Source: Octopus sinensis
Lineage: Eukaryota
Length of the DNA: 10,945 nt
Assembly: GCF_006345805.1 (NCBI RefSeq)
Contig: NW_021827272.1
Location: forward strand, 1-10,945
Direction of reading: 5' to 3'
Shown: positions 8,097 to 10,945 of the stretch, one piece after another
Position numbering within the stretch: position 1 is the first letter of the stretch
Layout: each line of letters opens with the position of its first letter
Made by a program: the position numbers and the translations under genes
Notes under the pieces: model-generated
Told to the model about the DNA's origin: nothing
The model's database searches: none
Seen by the model: only the letters and a program-made list of their open reading frames with translations

Positions 8097-8211
8097 CGTA
8101 TAGATGTATGTACATATACGTATGTATATATGCATATATAAATATATATTATTTATTTTATTATATGATTGAACGCCACACAACCTCTTCCAAGTAAGTT
8201 TCATCTATATC

Positions 8212-8246
<35 letters not shown>
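7938..8246. repeat. (AT)n microsatellite block ending in (TG)n
   Basis: Long near-perfect TA run at 7938-8165, a short spacer, then (AT)n(GT)n at 8205-8246. Confidence 0.95.
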
Positions 8247-8253
8247 ATCCGTC

Positions 8254-8550
8254 GAAGGCGCGTAACTTTGTGGCTAGGGTATTCCACTTACGATCGTGAG
8301 CTCAATACGCTGTAGCGCATTGTGTCCCTGAGCAAAACACTTTTATTTCACATTGCTCCAGTCCCGGCCGTATTTCAAAGGGCCAGTCTTGTTACATTCT
8401 GCATTCTGTGTCACGCTGAATCTCCCCGAAAACTACGTTACGGATATGCGTGTCTATGGAGTGTTCAGCCACTTGCGCGTTAACTTCGCGAGCAGGCTAT
8501 TCCAGTTGATCAGATCAGCTGGAACACTCGTGGTTGTAAGCGACGGAGTG
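8254..8550 (+). mobile_element. SINE family C (tRNA-like head, CORE/V-like centre), diverged
   Basis: Head gaaggcgcgtaactttgtggctaggg, degenerate B-box gagctcaatac, and central ttgtgtccctgagcaaaacactt...ttgctccagt resembling the CORE-type GTGTCCTTGRGCAAGACACTT motif. Single copy in the window. Confidence 0.6.
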
Positions 8551-8609
8551 TTAGTTTAGTTTATACATCTGGAAGGAAAATAAAAGAACAATAAAAGAAA
8601 AGCAAAAAG

Positions 8610-8728
8610 ATGGTTCCAGGTTCAGTCCCACTGCGTGGCACCTTGGGCAAGTGTCTTCTACTATAGCCTCGGATCGACCAAAGCCTTGGTGAGTGGATTT
8701 GGTAGACGAAAACTGAAAGAAGCCCGTC

Positions 8729-8805
<77 letters not shown>

Positions 8806-9039
8806 CATATATATATATGTGTGTGTGTATGTGTGTGTATGTTTGTGTGTCTGTGTTTGTTCCCCAACATCGCTTACAACCGATGCTGGTGTGTTTACGT
8901 CCCCATAACTTAGCGGTTCAGCATAAGAGACCGATAGAATAAGTACTAAGCTTACAAAGAATAAGTTATGGGGTCGATTTGCTCGACTAAAGGCGGTGCT
9001 TCAGCATGGCCACAGTCAAATGACTGAAACAAGTAAAAG
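8610..9039 (+). mobile_element. SINE family B, 5'-truncated, with expanded internal (TA)n(TG)n
   Basis: High identity to 3244-3593. The internal microsatellite spans about 8730-8850. Ends gactgaaacaagtaaaag. Confidence 0.9.
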
Positions 9040-9317
9040 CGTAGTCGTATTTGGAACGCCTTCAATGATACACAGGACTGCTCGATTAATGCTGACCAAG
9101 GGCTAAATAGCCACAATTTCAACGCACAATATAGCAAAAACGTTCCAGCATCCGATGTCGATAAAAATTGTAAACCAGTCACATTAAAGTATAATGAGCG
9201 TTCGTTTCAATATGCAGCTACCCCTAGAACTCTAAAAAAAAAAAAAAGAAAACAGTAAAACCCTATGCGGTTGACCCTTAAAGAAATCAATATTTACTTA
9301 AGAAACAAAGGAAATGC

Positions 9318-9330
9318 AATAATAATAATG

Positions 9331-9390
<60 letters not shown>

Positions 9391-9415
9391 TAATAATAAT
9401 AATAATGATAATATA
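9318..9415. repeat. (AAT)n trinucleotide microsatellite
   Basis: About 30 AAT units with occasional GAT/AAA interruptions. Confidence 0.95.
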
Positions 9416-9499
9416 AAAAGGTGGGAAAGAAGGGCGTGAAAAAACCACTTATGGCAGACAATAACTGCCCCCTTGTGTGTATAAGGTCAAACTTTACTT

Positions 9500-10075
9500 C
9501 TGCCCCCTTTTTATGCTTCTTTTCCTCTCTTTCTCTCCCTCTCTCTTCTTTTTTCTTTACAGTTCCTTAATTTCACTGTCCCTTTCTTGCGTTGTCTGTG
9601 GAGGTGGGAACACACGTTTTAACCTTCCCCTGTAATGATACACCCTTCCCTTTCTCCTTTTTTACTACCAATTTTCTCCTGTCCTTAAACCCTAAATTTT
9701 TTTTATTGCGTTACTTTTATATCCCCCTTCAGTCCTTACTCTCCCTTCCACTCTCCTCTATTTCATCGCTTTTTCCATCTCTAACTACTCTCCTCATTCA
9801 TTTTTTTTACCTCTTAATGCTATATTCTCTACTACCTTTCCCTCTTCTATTCTTTCCTCCCCTCATTTTGACCCCCTCCTTCACTCCTACCATTACAACT
9901 TATTCTTCCCCTTCTCCTCTCTCTCTTTACCTCATTCTACTTTCACTTACCTCCTGCTCTCACTTCTTGCTCTCACTTTTTCCACTACTTATCACATAAT
10001 ACCTTCTTCCATGATCCCATTTCAATTCTCTCTCTCCCCTTCTTTCTCTCTTTCCCTCCCTTCCCCCCTTCTATT
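9500..10075 (+). repeat. Long C/T-rich low-complexity tract
   Basis: The + strand is strongly pyrimidine-biased and nearly G-free from about 9640 to 10070. Confidence 0.85.
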
Positions 10076-10140
10076 ATCATTGTTAACCGTCACCAACCAC
10101 CATTACCACCACCATAAGACATCATCAATCTATACTTCCT

Positions 10141-10800
10141 CACGGTCTGTCGCCCTGCTATAAATATCAGTCAAATGTTCCTCAAATCACATTGTATTGT
10201 CTTCAGAAAAGCACAGTTGTACATGTGATGTTCGTTGATTCCTTCTATACAGGAGAAAAAAATGATTTGGATAGCTACAGCTGAAAAGGTTTGTTCAGAG
10301 CTGATCTGGGGCTACACGTCAAACCAGTCGAGCCTCTACGTGGTCTATCGGCCTGTTTCGAACAAGCAGCCAAATTTTCCTCAACTCAATGACTATTGCC
10401 AAATTAATATAGACGGGTTTAAAAAATAAAGAAAACTCATTGATTAAAGACGTTCCAGCCATGACCATCCTTGTTCACATAGGTGTGTATCCAGGAATAC
10501 ATTACCAATATGTCTCTTTCTACGTGGTCTATCGGCCTGTTTCGAACAAGCAGCCAAATTTTCCTCAACTCAATGACTATTGCCAAATTAATATAGAACG
10601 GATTTAAAAAATAAAAAAAACTCATTGATTAAAGACGTTCCGGCCATGACCATCCTTGTTCACATAGGTGTGTATCCAGGAATACATTACCAATATGTCT
10701 CTTTCTTTGAGATTGCAAGGTGAAATTTAAAGGGCCGGGCTAGAATATCATCAAACATAGGTCTGTGTGCTCGATCAGGGCTTACGTAAGGCTTAACCAT
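10141..10800 (+). mobile_element. Cluster of interspersed repeat family D fragments, probably SINE-like and ending in (AAC)n
   Basis: ggtctgtcgccctgct...cagtcaaatgttcctcaaatca (10144-10189) matches ggtctatcggcctgtt...cagccaaattttcctcaactca (10342-10388). cagagctgatctggggcta (10296-10314) matches cagggcttacgtaaggctta (10776-10795), which runs into the AAC tail. Confidence 0.55.
10335..10706. repeat. Young tandem duplication, 184/185-bp units
   Basis: 10335-10518 versus 10519-10703: 3 substitutions and 1 single-base insertion. TCT is shared at all three junctions. Confidence 0.95.
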
Positions 10801-10897
10801 AACAACAACAACAACAACAGCAACAATGGCAATGAAAACAACAGCGACAGCAACAACAGCAACAACACCAACAGCAATAAGAACAACAGTAACCAAC
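10800..10897. repeat. Imperfect (AAC/AGC)n trinucleotide repeat
   Basis: aacaacaacaacaacaacagcaacaatggcaatg... read directly. Confidence 0.9.
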
Positions 10898-10945
10898 CCC
10901 ACACTTCACTCTGCTATTTTCCTTAAGTACTCTTACTTATCGTTC

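Noticed and set aside
9592-9999. 135-aa hydrophobic ORF resembling a membrane protein
   Set aside because: It is a by-product of the C/T-rich tract (L/F/S/P codons, few stops) and has a non-ATG start.
10335-10703. Same 184-bp period as the SINE A array, suggesting nucleosome-length selection
   Set aside because: The sequences are unrelated and there are only two instances, so coincidence cannot be excluded.
10687-10902. Poly-Val/Ala signal-peptide-like ORF
   Set aside because: It is the antisense translation of the (AAC/AGC)n repeat.

Overview
AT-rich, repeat-saturated non-coding eukaryotic DNA, probably intronic or intergenic. The SINE families and microsatellite load resemble an octopus genome; this is recalled from the motifs, not confirmed by a search. 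No intact protein-coding gene is supportable, and nearly all listed ORFs are microsatellite or SINE read-through. The window holds about five loci of a tRNA-derived SINE 'family A', including a TSD-flanked tetramer, a chimeric dimer and a TSD-flanked internally deleted copy. It also holds about six copies of a CORE-like SINE 'family B' with an internal (TA)n(TG)n, one copy of SINE 'family C', and a rearranged repeat 'family D' with a young 184-bp tandem duplication. A Penelope-like remnant carries a minimal hammerhead ribozyme fold (7805-7839). There is also a possible decayed RTE-type LINE fragment, a 126-bp in-frame tandem duplication that may be a (pseudo)exon, and many simple repeats. Family labels A-D are my own.
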